Positions 12,346 through 22,169 of a stretch of 64,000 nucleotides of DNA are shown piece by piece. Source of the stretch: Candidatus Kaiserbacteria bacterium (GTDB taxonomy: Bacteria; Patescibacteriota; Minisyncoccia; Phycocordibacterales; JABAAK01); NCBI GenBank assembly GCA_026713605.1, contig JAPOOC010000008.1, positions 16,889 through 80,888 on the forward strand, given 5' to 3'. The position numbers and the translations under genes were made by a program. The notes under the pieces are model-generated. The model saw only the letters and a list, made by a program, of their open reading frames with translations, did not search any database and was not told the DNA's origin. The first letter of the stretch is position 1; every line of letters starts with the position of its first letter.

Positions 12346-12531
12346 ATGACTTCAAATACGATTATTTTTTGGGTGGTGTATATCGCCGCAGGGTTATTCT
12401 TGGTGTTTGCTTTTCTGGTAGTGATTTTTTATCTCCAGGAGCCGTTTTGTGCGATTGGTGTTGATACGGTTAATGAGTGTTTGGATAAGGCGTTGGAGCG
12501 GCTGTGGGAACAGGCAAAAAGGGCGTTATAG
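12346..12531 (+). CDS. Small membrane protein (uncertain)
   Basis: One TM segment; short ORF on the coding strand. Confidence 0.4.
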   Translation: MTSNTIIFWVVYIAAGLFLVFAFLVVIFYLQEPFCAIGVDTVNECLDKALERLWEQAKRAL

Positions 12532-12568
12532 CTACGGTTGCGTTGTTTGATTTGCTCTGTCGTGTGGG

Positions 12569-12838
12569 ATGGTGTACCATATAGTGTATGGCGGAGAAGG
12601 AGGTGGTTGTGTGTTGTTTGCCAGGAAAAGGTTTGTTGCGAGAAGAGGAAAGAAAGGTCGGGTGACCCTTACTTTCTTAAACAGTCAGAAGCGGGTCTGC
12701 GGGACACTGACAAAAGAGGGAGGTGTTCCTTATTTCCGATCCGATGACGGCACGGTTGAAGGGCATATTTTTCGTTTTAGCGATGTTGGAGATTTTTTTA
12801 TTCCAAAAGAGCGTACTCAATCAGCGAATCGCTCATAA
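12569..12838 (+). CDS. Hypothetical protein (uncertain)
   Basis: ORF only. Confidence 0.35.
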   Translation: MVYHIVYGGEGGGCVLFARKRFVARRGKKGRVTLTFLNSQKRVCGTLTKEGGVPYFRSDDGTVEGHIFRFSDVGDFFIPKERTQSANRS

Positions 12839-12976
12839 TTTTAACCCCGCGACATTTTATGTGTTGTGGGGTTTCTCTCTTGTTTTTGCGGTATGCCAAC
12901 AGTTGATTCATTTCACCAGTATTCGTTTTTCTCTATGGCATACTACAAGTAATTATCAAGATACAAGATACTTTAT

Positions 12977-13576
12977 ATGGAAACGGATATGTCAGATTTT
13001 GCACAGGCGCCGCTGATGGTTGGGGATGTGGTGCCGAAAACAATCAAATTTCAGGTATTTCACAAGGGTGAGATACGGGATACAACCATTGCCTCATTTC
13101 GTGGGAAGTGGCTGGTGTTGTTCTTTTACCCGGGGGATTTTACCTTTGTATGCCCAACTGAGTTGGGTGAGTTGGCTGGCAAGTATGATGCGTTTCAAAA
13201 AGAAGGTGTTGAGATTGTTTCTATGAGTACTGATACGGTGTTTTCACACAAAATGTGGCATGAAACTTCACCAGTTGTGAAGACCGTGCTGTTTCCTATG
13301 GGTTCTGACCATCGACATGTTTTTGTTACCCTGTTTGGTGTCTACTGTGAAGAGGATGGTTTGGCGTATCGTGCGTCTGTTGTTGTTGATCCGAACGGTG
13401 TTGTTCGTGCGATGGAGGTGCATGATAACTCTATTGGACGATCTGCTGCTGAATTGCTTCGTAAGGTGAAAGCGGCGAAGTATGTGCAGGAGCATAGCGG
13501 TAAGGTGTGTCCGGCAAGTTGGCAGGAGGGTGATGCAACCCTCACACCAGGGACTGACTTGGTGGGAAAAATATAG
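12977..13576 (+). CDS. ahpC: 2-Cys peroxiredoxin
   Basis: FFYPGDFTFVCPTEL and VCPASW. Confidence 0.96.
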   Translation: METDMSDFAQAPLMVGDVVPKTIKFQVFHKGEIRDTTIASFRGKWLVLFFYPGDFTFVCPTELGELAGKYDAFQKEGVEIVSMSTDTVFSHKMWHETSPVVKTVLFPMGSDHRHVFVTLFGVYCEEDGLAYRASVVVDPNGVVRAMEVHDNSIGRSAAELLRKVKAAKYVQEHSGKVCPASWQEGDATLTPGTDLVGKI

Positions 13577-13578
13577 GT

Positions 13579-14193
13579 ATGGCGTTTCACGGCCTACTTG
13601 TATCCAGTGGCTTTAGTGCGTTGGCAATACGGGAGCAGGTTGCTTGTTTGGCGCGTGATCGATCTTATGTCTCAGCGCATATTATTACTACTGCTCGACC
13701 GGAGAAGGAGCATGCCCCATGGAATGTTGTGACAAAAGGGCAGTTGGAGGAAATGGGCATGACCGTTTCTTTTATTGATTTTGATGTTGGTGAGTCATTG
13801 GCGGATGATGTTGATTTAGTGTATGTTTGTGGCGGAAACACTTTTCATCTACTGCATAGTATTCAATGCTCGTCTGCACCGATTCGGCAGCAGATCGTTG
13901 CGCTGTGCGATCGGGGTGGACTGTATATCGGCTCTAGTGCTGGGGCGGTGCTGGTTTCGCCGACTATCGCAAGTGCTGGTGAGGTGCATCCTGATAAAAA
14001 TAAAGATGGTGTGGTTGACCTCACCGGTCTGCACTTTATTGAGCAGCATGTTGTTCCGCACTATGTGCCTTCGCTTGATGGAGAGATTATCGCTTTCCGT
14101 GAGAAGTATTCGTTGCGTGAAGATGAGGTGCTCTTGTTGCGGGATGGTGAGGGATTGTATGTACACGATGCTGTGCAAGAAATTGTCGTATAA
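13579..14193 (+). CDS. Peptidase S51 / peptidase E family
   Basis: VCGGNTF, YIGSSAG nucleophile elbow, VPHY. Confidence 0.88.
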   Translation: MAFHGLLVSSGFSALAIREQVACLARDRSYVSAHIITTARPEKEHAPWNVVTKGQLEEMGMTVSFIDFDVGESLADDVDLVYVCGGNTFHLLHSIQCSSAPIRQQIVALCDRGGLYIGSSAGAVLVSPTIASAGEVHPDKNKDGVVDLTGLHFIEQHVVPHYVPSLDGEIIAFREKYSLREDEVLLLRDGEGLYVHDAVQEIVV

Positions 14194-14238
14194 AAAGAAT
14201 AGAGGCGACCTAAGTCACCTCTGTTTATAAGTGTTTGG

Positions 14239-14697
14239 TTAGTGTGTCAATGCAAGATTCTCATCCTCGACGCCGCTTTTTCTGGCGATGTTTCCCCCCG
14301 CAACCTTGCGGTTGTGTAGTAACATTGTGTACAGCAAGAGTGCGACTGTTCCAATTAAGGAGTACACCTCTGTCTCACCTGCTTCGGGTTCCCACCGTTG
14401 AACCTCCGGAAGTATTTTCTCCGCTTCGAGAAAACACATTGACCAAGTGAAAGGGTGCGACTCCACCTCTTCTTCTTGTACTTCTTCTGAAAATGTAGCG
14501 ATGAAGGAGTCACATTGTGGCAAAAAAGACCGTATTTTTTCAACGGTCTTTATGTCGGGCGGTACATAGTATTGTACCGATGCGAAGAACCTGTCGAATA
14601 GTTTCCGGGTGGTGTACAGTTCTTTGTGGGATGTGTTGCCGGTTATTCCCGAGAAGAACGACTGCAGCCGCTGAAAAAAGTCAATGGTGTGTAGCAT
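14239..14697 (-). CDS. Hypothetical protein
   Basis: 152-aa ORF with GGAGGT upstream; hairpin at 14200-14222 downstream. Confidence 0.65.
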   Translation of the reverse strand: MLHTIDFFQRLQSFFSGITGNTSHKELYTTRKLFDRFFASVQYYVPPDIKTVEKIRSFLPQCDSFIATFSEEVQEEEVESHPFTWSMCFLEAEKILPEVQRWEPEAGETEVYSLIGTVALLLYTMLLHNRKVAGGNIARKSGVEDENLALTH

Positions 14698-14740
14698 CTT
14701 TTACCTCCGCAAGCCAGTATACCTTATATTGCAACCCCGG

Positions 14741-15625
14741 TCAATTTTTTATAAACTCAAACGAGGCGATGGGGATTGATGGCACATTTCTGATTCTCGT
14801 GATTGATTCTCGTGGGTCCGTGTCGCTATCTTTTGAGGTGAATTCCGTTCCGTCGTCGGTACCAGCATCGTACAGTACTGCGGGGATGGTTACTCGCTCC
14901 ACCCACTCACCGTCTTTATAGAGTTGCACATTGCGTGCCGTAATGAACCAATCTGGACTCGGCGCAATCATAGATACGACCGTTATGTGTGGGGTGTCCC
15001 GCTCCATGGTGATTTGTGTTATATTTTCTCCGGGTGCGTTAAATACTGTGCCGGTGGCGTATGTCAGGGCTGCATCGGTATGGATACCACTTTGTATTTC
15101 CTGTATTAATGTGTTGGTTGCCCCGGTCTCTGCCATGATCTCCATGCCTTCACTGGCGGTGCCACCTTCTCTGAACAAGGTGTCTTTTCGGCGGTGTGAC
15201 CATGCGACCATTGGTGAAAGGTGTGCACCCTGCGGGTACCAGCGCGGGTGGAGTCGCTCGCTCCATGATGCGTGCAGGCGTATCGTATATATAGCAATAC
15301 CGTTGTTGGCATCAATTGGAAGATTTGGCTGTCGCAGCTGTTTTTCGGGAGTTTGATTGTCTTTCAGGGTGATGGTTGCCAGCACCTCTTCCTCCGTTGG
15401 TGGTGTTTGTGGTTCTGTGGTGTTGTTCTCTGCCGCCGTGTTGTCTATTTCTTGTATTTCATCCTCGTCTTCAAACAGTGTTTCTGGAGTAGTGATTGGT
15501 GCTACCTCTCCTTCCTCTTGTTGCAGTGGATTTCTAGTTGCGGACAAGAATACCAGCACGCTGAGAATGACAATGATAATAATCAACATTGTCATGTTTA
15601 GGGTAAATTTTTTTCGCACATCCAT
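14741..15625 (-). CDS. Membrane-anchored spondin-N domain protein
   Basis: N-terminal TM, acidic linker, HLSP..SH, AETG, SMIAPSPDWF, YDAGTD. Confidence 0.88.
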   Translation of the reverse strand: MDVRKKFTLNMTMLIIIIVILSVLVFLSATRNPLQQEEGEVAPITTPETLFEDEDEIQEIDNTAAENNTTEPQTPPTEEEVLATITLKDNQTPEKQLRQPNLPIDANNGIAIYTIRLHASWSERLHPRWYPQGAHLSPMVAWSHRRKDTLFREGGTASEGMEIMAETGATNTLIQEIQSGIHTDAALTYATGTVFNAPGENITQITMERDTPHITVVSMIAPSPDWFITARNVQLYKDGEWVERVTIPAVLYDAGTDDGTEFTSKDSDTDPRESITRIRNVPSIPIASFEFIKN

Positions 15626-15840
15626 ACTGTCTATGGTATAGCATAGTATTGTAGGGTTCCACTGATTATACATTGTATTTGTGGATTTTTTCTGAGACAC
15701 CGTATAGCAAAAAACTGCACCTTTCGTTTCGGCTTATTGTTGGTAACCAATCTCTACAGTGCTGCGTGGTTGTGTGTTTTTGTGCTTCACATGAGTTCTG
15801 TAACCCCCCACTGTTTTCTTTTTTGTAGTATTATGAAAGT

Positions 15841-17319
15841 ATGATTTTTGTCCTCCATTATGTGCGTTTTTTTTGTGTGGTCAGTGTTTTTGTGGTCAGT
15901 GTTTTCTCTTCCTGTTTTGTGTATGCTACTGAATCAACGCTGCGCATTACAGAAATTATGTACGATGCGGAGGGGAGTGATACTGGGAAGGAGTTTGTGG
16001 AGGTGATAAATGGTGGATCAGAGGCAGTTGCTATTACAGCAGTAACATTTTTTGAACGAAATGATCGTCAGCGTGGAAGAGCTGTCGCATCGGGTGCGGG
16101 TAATGCGACATTGCAGCCGGGTGAGGTGGCGGTTATCGTATCGGATCCAGCACTATTTTCACAGCATTACTCTTTTGATGGACTGCTCCTTGACACCACG
16201 AATTTTGCCCTGTTAAATGCTGGGTCAACCGTTTCGCTGAGAAAAGGGAATACTCTGTTGCATAGCATTACCTATACTACACAGCATGGTGCCAGAGGTG
16301 ATGGTAACACACTACACATTGATCAAAACGATGTTATTACCGCAGGAAAGCCAAGTCCGGGGGTGCTGGGTGCCGGTGTGGCTGCTGTAACGGGCGGCAC
16401 CACTGTGGGTCGTGCTGTAGAAACTGAAACTCCGTCAAGCACAGAGGAGGAGGGTGCAGGGTTGGTAACGAGTACCGAGATATTGCCACAGGCGGGGACA
16501 CCACAGCAGGTCGTTATGACGGCTGATCCGTCGGTTGTGTTTTCTGCGTCAACGACAAAATTTTCAGTTGTGCGGCAGGAGGGTGCAGAGGAAGAGGTGT
16601 TGTATGGACTGTGGAATTTTGGTGATGGGGGCTATGTTTATGGTACTGTTGTAGAGCATGCCTATTTGCATCCAGGTGCCTATATCATTGTGTTTCAAGA
16701 GTTGTTAGATGAAAATGGGACTGAAGGTATTGTGTTGCAAAAAGAAATACCGGTGCTTTTTCCGCAGGTACGCATTGAGCGGGTTGACGATGCGTTTGTA
16801 CGGCTGCACAATTATCATCCGTTTGTGTTGGATGTGTCGGGTTGGCGGGTTGAGGCACAAGGAGTTGTTTTTGATTTCCACGAAAAATCATTTGTACCGA
16901 AGCAGGGCAGTACCGTTATTCCGTTTGCTATTGCTCCGGAGCAGGATATATTCTTTGTGACCGCTGGGGGTGGGCAATTCAATGGAAAACCCGTTGATTC
17001 GAGTGCCGCCGCCGCGCAGGAGCAGGAAGTAGTTCCCGCTGAATCTGAAAAAATACTCGAACTGGAGGGGGAGGAGGTGGAGCAGCATGCCTCAGAGGCA
17101 GACACGGACAGTACCACCGATGTTTCACAAGAGTCAGAGAAAGCAGGTGCTGGTGTTTTTGTTGCAGAGGTTGATGACGATCAGGAGGAAGAACAGACAG
17201 GCGTTGCCATGCAGATGATTATCGTGTGGGTTGCATTGCTTATCGGTGTTATGACTATTGCGTTAGTGCCGCTTATACTTGCACGGCGTGAAAAGGAGAA
17301 ACGGTATGAGCATCGATAA
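15841..17319 (+). CDS. Surface protein with lamin-tail (LTD) and PKD domains
   Basis: Signal peptide, ITEIMYD..G.D..EFVE, WNFGDG, HAY..PGAY, DVSGW, C-terminal TM anchor. Confidence 0.85.
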   Translation: MIFVLHYVRFFCVVSVFVVSVFSSCFVYATESTLRITEIMYDAEGSDTGKEFVEVINGGSEAVAITAVTFFERNDRQRGRAVASGAGNATLQPGEVAVIVSDPALFSQHYSFDGLLLDTTNFALLNAGSTVSLRKGNTLLHSITYTTQHGARGDGNTLHIDQNDVITAGKPSPGVLGAGVAAVTGGTTVGRAVETETPSSTEEEGAGLVTSTEILPQAGTPQQVVMTADPSVVFSASTTKFSVVRQEGAEEEVLYGLWNFGDGGYVYGTVVEHAYLHPGAYIIVFQELLDENGTEGIVLQKEIPVLFPQVRIERVDDAFVRLHNYHPFVLDVSGWRVEAQGVVFDFHEKSFVPKQGSTVIPFAIAPEQDIFFVTAGGGQFNGKPVDSSAAAAQEQEVVPAESEKILELEGEEVEQHASEADTDSTTDVSQESEKAGAGVFVAEVDDDQEEEQTGVAMQMIIVWVALLIGVMTIALVPLILARREKEKRYEHR

Positions 17320-17467
17320 GAGTGCAAAAATAGAATAAAAAACATTGAGAATGTCATGAAAAAGTTTTCCACACATTGTTGTATAAAAAGATAAAAGGAG
17401 GTAAGGGGTTACCATAATGTAAGTAGACCTGCAAACAGCGGTCAATTATTAACCTAATTTTCATTTC

Positions 17468-17710
17468 ATGAAAAGAAGAAAACGACGAACCACCACGAAG
17501 AAGTCCGCCGCGAAAAAAACGACACGGAAGCGACGAAGTGCGAAGAAGTCCGCTCCTAAGAAGATGACCAAGAGACGACGAAGCGCAAAAAAGACAACAG
17601 CTAAAAAGGCGACGAAGAAGCGACGAAGCACAAAAAGGCGGTCAGCCAAAAAGGTGGCAAAAAAGACGACGAAAAAAGCGCCAAAACGACGCAGTCGTCG
17701 ACGCAGGTAG
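17468..17710 (+). CDS. Histone H1-like Lys/Arg-rich protein
   Basis: Repeated KKRRSAKK/AKKTT units over 80 aa. Confidence 0.85.
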   Translation: MKRRKRRTTTKKSAAKKTTRKRRSAKKSAPKKMTKRRRSAKKTTAKKATKKRRSTKRRSAKKVAKKTTKKAPKRRSRRRR

Positions 17711-17731
17711 GAACTTTCCCTTTTGTTTTAT

Positions 17732-17787
17732 AAACAGGGGTATGTAAAAACAGAATGCTTTATTCTTTTTTTACATACCCCTGTTTT
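17732..17787 (+). terminator. Long inverted repeat / intrinsic terminator
   Basis: AAACAGGGGTATGTAAAAA ... TTTTTACATACCCCTGTTT. Confidence 0.7.
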
Positions 17788-17811
17788 ATTTTTTATGCGG
17801 TATACTGCAGT

Positions 17812-18420
17812 ATGAATAAAGAAAAGCATTTGGAGCGGACGCTAGTTATTATTAAACCTGACGGCGTTCAACGCGTGTTGGTGGGAGAGGTTATTCGGCG
17901 ATTTGAGCGAGTTGGGCTGAAGATAGTTGCGATGAAGATGGTGCGGGCGGATGCCGCTATGATTGAGCGGCATTATTCGCTTGATCCGGATTGGAAACGA
18001 AAGGCGGGGGAAAAAATGTTGCGGAATAAAAGAGGGGATGCGGGTGTCATTGATGAGAAGGAGGCAGTGGCGGCGGGTGAACCTATTGTAGAGCGATTGA
18101 AGCGGTATATGACTGCTGGTCCGATTGTGCCGATGGTGTTGGAAGGGGCATATGCGATACCGTTGACACGGAAATTGGTTGGCGGTACTGAACCGCTTTC
18201 GTCCGATGTTGGTTCTATTCGAGGAGATTTTGTCCTTGATTCATATGCATTGGCAAATGGTGCGCAACGATCAATCCGTAACATAGTACATGCTTCTTCA
18301 AGTGTGGAGGAGGCAGAAAAAGAGGTTGCGTTGTGGTTTCAGTCGGAGGATCTGCTTGCCTATGAAACCGTACACGAACACATATTGTACGATATAAACT
18401 TTGATAATGCCGTTGAATAA
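17812..18420 (+). CDS. ndk: Nucleoside diphosphate kinase
   Basis: ERTLVIIKPDGVQR, GSIRGDF, RNIVHAS. Confidence 0.96.
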   Translation: MNKEKHLERTLVIIKPDGVQRVLVGEVIRRFERVGLKIVAMKMVRADAAMIERHYSLDPDWKRKAGEKMLRNKRGDAGVIDEKEAVAAGEPIVERLKRYMTAGPIVPMVLEGAYAIPLTRKLVGGTEPLSSDVGSIRGDFVLDSYALANGAQRSIRNIVHASSSVEEAEKEVALWFQSEDLLAYETVHEHILYDINFDNAVE

Positions 18421-18439
18421 TGACAATTACACTCACCGC

Positions 18440-18805
18440 ATGCAGACATTGCTATTCGTACTTTTTGTTGCGTCCCTGACTGTTGTATTGCATGGCATCG
18501 GTACAGAACACAACTGGTATTGGCGTTACCACTGGTTTGACATCATCACACATCTGCTTGGTGGATTTTCGTTGGGCTTGCTCGCAGTGTTGCTTTACAG
18601 AAAAATAGAAAAATGTGTGGTGTTCACGCTTGGTACCGTGCTACTGCTTATTATTGGATGGGAGGTGTTTGAGGTGTTATTTGTCAGCATGCCGACAGAA
18701 GAGCTGTGGTATAGTATTGGCACTATTAAAGATGTTGTGGTTGGTTTGCTCGGTGCCCATATAGCAGTGTTCGTGTATCAAAAATATAGCCGTACGGTTG
18801 CGTAG
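18440..18805 (+). CDS. Membrane protein (DUF2238/VanZ-like)
   Basis: WFDIITHLLGG, WEVFE, KDVVVGLLG. Confidence 0.8.
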   Translation: MQTLLFVLFVASLTVVLHGIGTEHNWYWRYHWFDIITHLLGGFSLGLLAVLLYRKIEKCVVFTLGTVLLLIIGWEVFEVLFVSMPTEELWYSIGTIKDVVVGLLGAHIAVFVYQKYSRTVA

Positions 18806-18809
18806 CCAT

Positions 18810-19157
18810 CTATGAGGTGACGGATTCAATGATGCGGTCGAATGACTCTTTTCGTTGCCGTGCGATTTCTGAAAGCATTTTTCGGTTGAGTACGATGCCT
18901 TTTTTCTTGAGTGTGCCCATAAACATACTGTACGAAAGGTTGTGTGGCTTTACCGCTGCATTAATACGGATATTCCACAGTCGGCGGAAGTCACCTTTTT
19001 TCTTTCTGCGGTGTGCAAATGCATGGTTGCCGGCATGTAACCATGCCTCTCTCGCTTGTCGCTCTTTTGTGGATCGACCCCAACGGTACCCCTTTACCTT
19101 TTTTAGTAAGGATTTTCGACTTTTAAGAGAAATTGTTCCTCGTTTGACGCGAACCAT
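18810..19157 (-). CDS. rplT: 50S ribosomal protein L20
   Basis: MVRVKRG, KKGDFRRLWNIRINAA, LNRKMLSEIA. Confidence 0.98.
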   Translation of the reverse strand: MVRVKRGTISLKSRKSLLKKVKGYRWGRSTKERQAREAWLHAGNHAFAHRRKKKGDFRRLWNIRINAAVKPHNLSYSMFMGTLKKKGIVLNRKMLSEIARQRKESFDRIIESVTS

Positions 19158-19174
19158 ATAGTAAATAGTATATA

Positions 19175-19360
19175 TTATGTGACCAGTGAGTACCGTTGTC
19201 GCATTTTAGTCGATACTGGTATTGCCCGTTGCCGTTTTTGCCTCAACTTTTTGGAGCGCGGATGTTTTGCGTTGAAGTGGCCACGACCCTTGCCACTGGC
19301 AAGAAGCGCGCCGTTTTTTGAGACGCGAATGCGCGAACGGGCTGATTTGTTTGATTTCAT
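19175..19360 (-). CDS. rpmI: 50S ribosomal protein L35
   Basis: MKSNKSARSRIRVSKNG, HFNAK; directly upstream of rplT. Confidence 0.92.
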   Translation of the reverse strand: MKSNKSARSRIRVSKNGALLASGKGRGHFNAKHPRSKKLRQKRQRAIPVSTKMRQRYSLVT

Positions 19361-19475
19361 GCTTTCCAGTATACCATACAGAGGGGGGTTTATGCAAAGC
19401 AAATAAAAGGGTAGAATATAAGTATACCCGTTTTTGACAGGTTAGTTTAAACCTTTATACAAGGAGGACTGTGGG

Positions 19476-20123
19476 ATGGAGTTGTGGATTCTGATGTTGT
19501 TCGGTGCACCATATTCGGGTAAAAGTACTCACAGAAAGCATTTATGCGCCGCCTTCGAAGAGGGTGGGTATGAGTATCAGGTTGTTGATGTCGGCGGAAT
19601 GCTGAGGAAGTGTGTGCAGACGAACAATCCTTTCACACGAATTATTACAAGTGCTGCGGAGCATGGTGATCTGGTACCGCAGGAGGTTCCAATTTCTCTG
19701 TTCTTTGACAAGTTGTGTCGTGGTACCTATGATGTGGTGATTACCGATGGTATCGGGCGGAGGGTGTCTGAAATGCGTACCATTTTGGATGCACTCTTCC
19801 GGTGTGTTCCAGAGGCAATGCTTCGCATAGATGCCTTGCATCTTGACATTTCTTGGGATGAAATAGAAAATCGTTTCGATGCGGGCAGAGATGAGAAACG
19901 ATTGGATGACACCTTGGAGGTGTTGAAGAAGAGGTATTGCACTTTTCGTGCAGAGACACTGCCGGTGATTGATTATATAAGAAATTGCGGGCGTGTCGGG
20001 ATGCACACTGTCACCATGGGAAACAAGACAGAGGAGGAGGTGCATTGCGAGATCGCCTCAAGAATTGATATTACCCCTATTCATTTTGCGTCACAGCTAC
20101 TCTTAGATTCATATTTATTTTGA
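19476..20123 (+). CDS. Adenylate-kinase-family nucleoside monophosphate kinase
   Basis: GAPYSGKST P-loop, GGMLR, GDLVP, DGIGR, RLDD. Confidence 0.85.
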   Translation: MELWILMLFGAPYSGKSTHRKHLCAAFEEGGYEYQVVDVGGMLRKCVQTNNPFTRIITSAAEHGDLVPQEVPISLFFDKLCRGTYDVVITDGIGRRVSEMRTILDALFRCVPEAMLRIDALHLDISWDEIENRFDAGRDEKRLDDTLEVLKKRYCTFRAETLPVIDYIRNCGRVGMHTVTMGNKTEEEVHCEIASRIDITPIHFASQLLLDSYLF

Positions 20124-20141
20124 GTCAGTAGGGGAAGCAAT

Positions 20142-20164
20142 AAAGGCATCGTCATGATGCCTTT
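20142..20164. terminator. Bidirectional terminator between the kinase and infC
   Basis: AAAGGCATC-GTCAT-GATGCCTTT followed by a T run. Confidence 0.6.
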
Positions 20165-20723
20165 ATTTTTTTTTGTCATTTGGCTGGAGGGTGATAGAGA
20201 AACCTTTTGGACTTTTGCGGATATCGCCGACGGCAGTAACTTCTCCTGGGATAGTTTGTATAAAGGAAGAGAGTCTTTCTTTCAGAAAAGTTGGATCCAT
20301 ACCTTTATATCGACCGAAGAGAAAGAGATCAACCTGCACACGACTGCCATTATCTAGCCATTCTCGGATCTTTTTTGCCCGCATCTCAAGAATGCCGCCG
20401 CTGGTGCCTGGCTTGATCTGCGTCTGTTTCATGCCTTCTTGTTTTTTACCCTTTTCCTTGTCCTGGTCTGCCCACTTTTTCTTCATCTTATTCTGCTCGT
20501 ATTGGTACTTGCCGTAGTCAGCAATACGCACAACGGGTGGACGGGATTTTGCGGTTACCTCTACTAAGTCAAGATTTGCCTGTCGTGCCCGGGTCATTGC
20601 GTCCTTTATGGAGACAACGCCAACATTTTTTCCGTCTGCTTCTATAAGGCGAACCTTAGAGGCGCGAATCGCCTCGTTGATACGAACTTTCGGCTGTGCT
20701 AATTTTCTTGGTCCTCTACGAAT
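20163..20723 (-). CDS. infC: Translation initiation factor IF-3 (probable ATT start)
   Basis: RINEAIRA..VRLI, LDLVEV, PPVVRIADYGKYQYE; in-frame ATT at 20723. Confidence 0.93.
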   Translation of the reverse strand: MRRGPRKLAQPKVRINEAIRASKVRLIEADGKNVGVVSIKDAMTRARQANLDLVEVTAKSRPPVVRIADYGKYQYEQNKMKKKWADQDKEKGKKQEGMKQTQIKPGTSGGILEMRAKKIREWLDNGSRVQVDLFLFGRYKGMDPTFLKERLSSFIQTIPGEVTAVGDIRKSPKGFSITLQPNDKKK

Positions 20724-20812
20724 ATGCAGGTAGTATATACCACACCAAGGTCGTGAGCAAGAGCTATACACATATTGCAAAAGTACTATAAATACGATAG
20801 TATACTAACTAT

Positions 20813-20986
20813 ATGCTACAGTATTTTGCCGGTGCTGCCGGAGAGTTCAAGCAAATTCGCTGGTTGTCCACAAAAAGAGCGCTTCTGTTTTCTGTCATCG
20901 TGGTTGTTACCTCATTTGTGGCTGGATTTGCGCTTGGTGCGGTAGATAGTTTATTTGCCACACTACTCAAGAGTATTGTTATATAA
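20813..20986 (+). CDS. secE: Preprotein translocase SecE (57 aa, below the ORF-track cutoff)
   Basis: Manual translation MLQYFAGAAGEFKQIRWLSTKRALLFSVIVVVTSFVAGFALGAVDSLF...; EFKQIRW box, single TM, directly before nusG. Confidence 0.9.
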   Translation: MLQYFAGAAGEFKQIRWLSTKRALLFSVIVVVTSFVAGFALGAVDSLFATLLKSIVI

Positions 20987-20999
20987 CGCAGAATATACT

Positions 21000-21545
21000 A
21001 TGGAAGAAATACAGGAAGAAAAACAGGCGAAATGGTATGTGGTGAAGGTCCACTCAGGTTTTGAGCAGGTGGTGAAGATGAGTGTCATGCAGACCATAGA
21101 ATCACTTGGTCTGGAGGATAAGATATTTGAGGTGGTAATACCGACTGAAAAACAGATACGGATTAAAGGTGGTAGGCGGACTGAGAAAGAAGAGCGAATA
21201 TACCCGGGCTATATTTTGGTACATATGATTATTGATGATCAAACTTGGTATGCCATTAACAATATTGAGTACTCTTCAGGATTTCTCGGTTCTCGGACCC
21301 ATGCAGAATCACTCTCGCAGGAGGAGGTTGATGTGATCAAAGAGCGAATGCGTGGTGATACGGTGAAGCACGATACTGACCTCAAAGTGGGTGATTCGGT
21401 TAAGATTATTGATGGTCCGTTTTCTGACTTAGATGGTAAAATTAGCGAGGTGGATGTTGATAGAGGGCAGGCAACCGTACTCATCCCCATGTTTGGTAGG
21501 GAAACACCAGTTAAATTGGACCTTTTCCAAATCCGCAGTGTGTAG
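21000..21545 (+). CDS. nusG: Transcription factor NusG
   Basis: KWYVVKVHSGFE, YPGYILV, KOW GDSVKIIDGPF, FGRETPV. Confidence 0.98.
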   Translation: MEEIQEEKQAKWYVVKVHSGFEQVVKMSVMQTIESLGLEDKIFEVVIPTEKQIRIKGGRRTEKEERIYPGYILVHMIIDDQTWYAINNIEYSSGFLGSRTHAESLSQEEVDVIKERMRGDTVKHDTDLKVGDSVKIIDGPFSDLDGKISEVDVDRGQATVLIPMFGRETPVKLDLFQIRSV

Positions 21546-21560
21546 TACACTATACGCATT

Positions 21561-21986
21561 ATGGCAAAACCAGTAAAACAAGTTATCAAGTTACAAATAC
21601 AGGCAGGTAAGGCAACGCCTGCGCCACCTATTGGTACGGTACTTGGTCCAGCCGGGATTAATATCGGCGATTTCTGTTCACAGTTTAATGAGCAGTCAAA
21701 GGAGCGGGCTGGAGAGGTTGTGCCGGTGATATTGACGATATATGAAGATAGAACATTCAGTTTTGTGATGAAAACGCCTCCGGCATCATTCCTACTCCGT
21801 CAGGCAGCAGGTGTTGACAAAGGGTCAGGCAAAAATCTTTTGAAGAAGGCGGGGAAAGTTACGGTGGCGGCTGTTCGAGAAATAGCTGAGCGAAAAATGG
21901 AAGACCTAAATGCTCGAGATGTGGAGGCGGCAATGGAAATTGTAAAAGGGACAGCGCGGTCTATGGGTATAGAGGTGGGAAGATAA
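21561..21986 (+). CDS. rplK: 50S ribosomal protein L11
   Basis: [24 protein letters not shown]. Confidence 0.98.
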   Translation: MAKPVKQVIKLQIQAGKATPAPPIGTVLGPAGINIGDFCSQFNEQSKERAGEVVPVILTIYEDRTFSFVMKTPPASFLLRQAAGVDKGSGKNLLKKAGKVTVAAVREIAERKMEDLNARDVEAAMEIVKGTARSMGIEVGR

Positions 21987-22169
21987 TATGTCGTATCTTT
22001 TTCTGGGTATGTTTTTTACTACCCATAAGATGTGATGAGTAGGATGGTTTTTCTGCAAGAGGTTTCTGTGTGGGGGTAGTCAATTTTTATGGGCAGGGAT
22101 GTTGTACATCTCTACCCATTTTTGTTTGTGGTATAGTGGAAATGGTGGGTAATGGATATATAGTTTACT

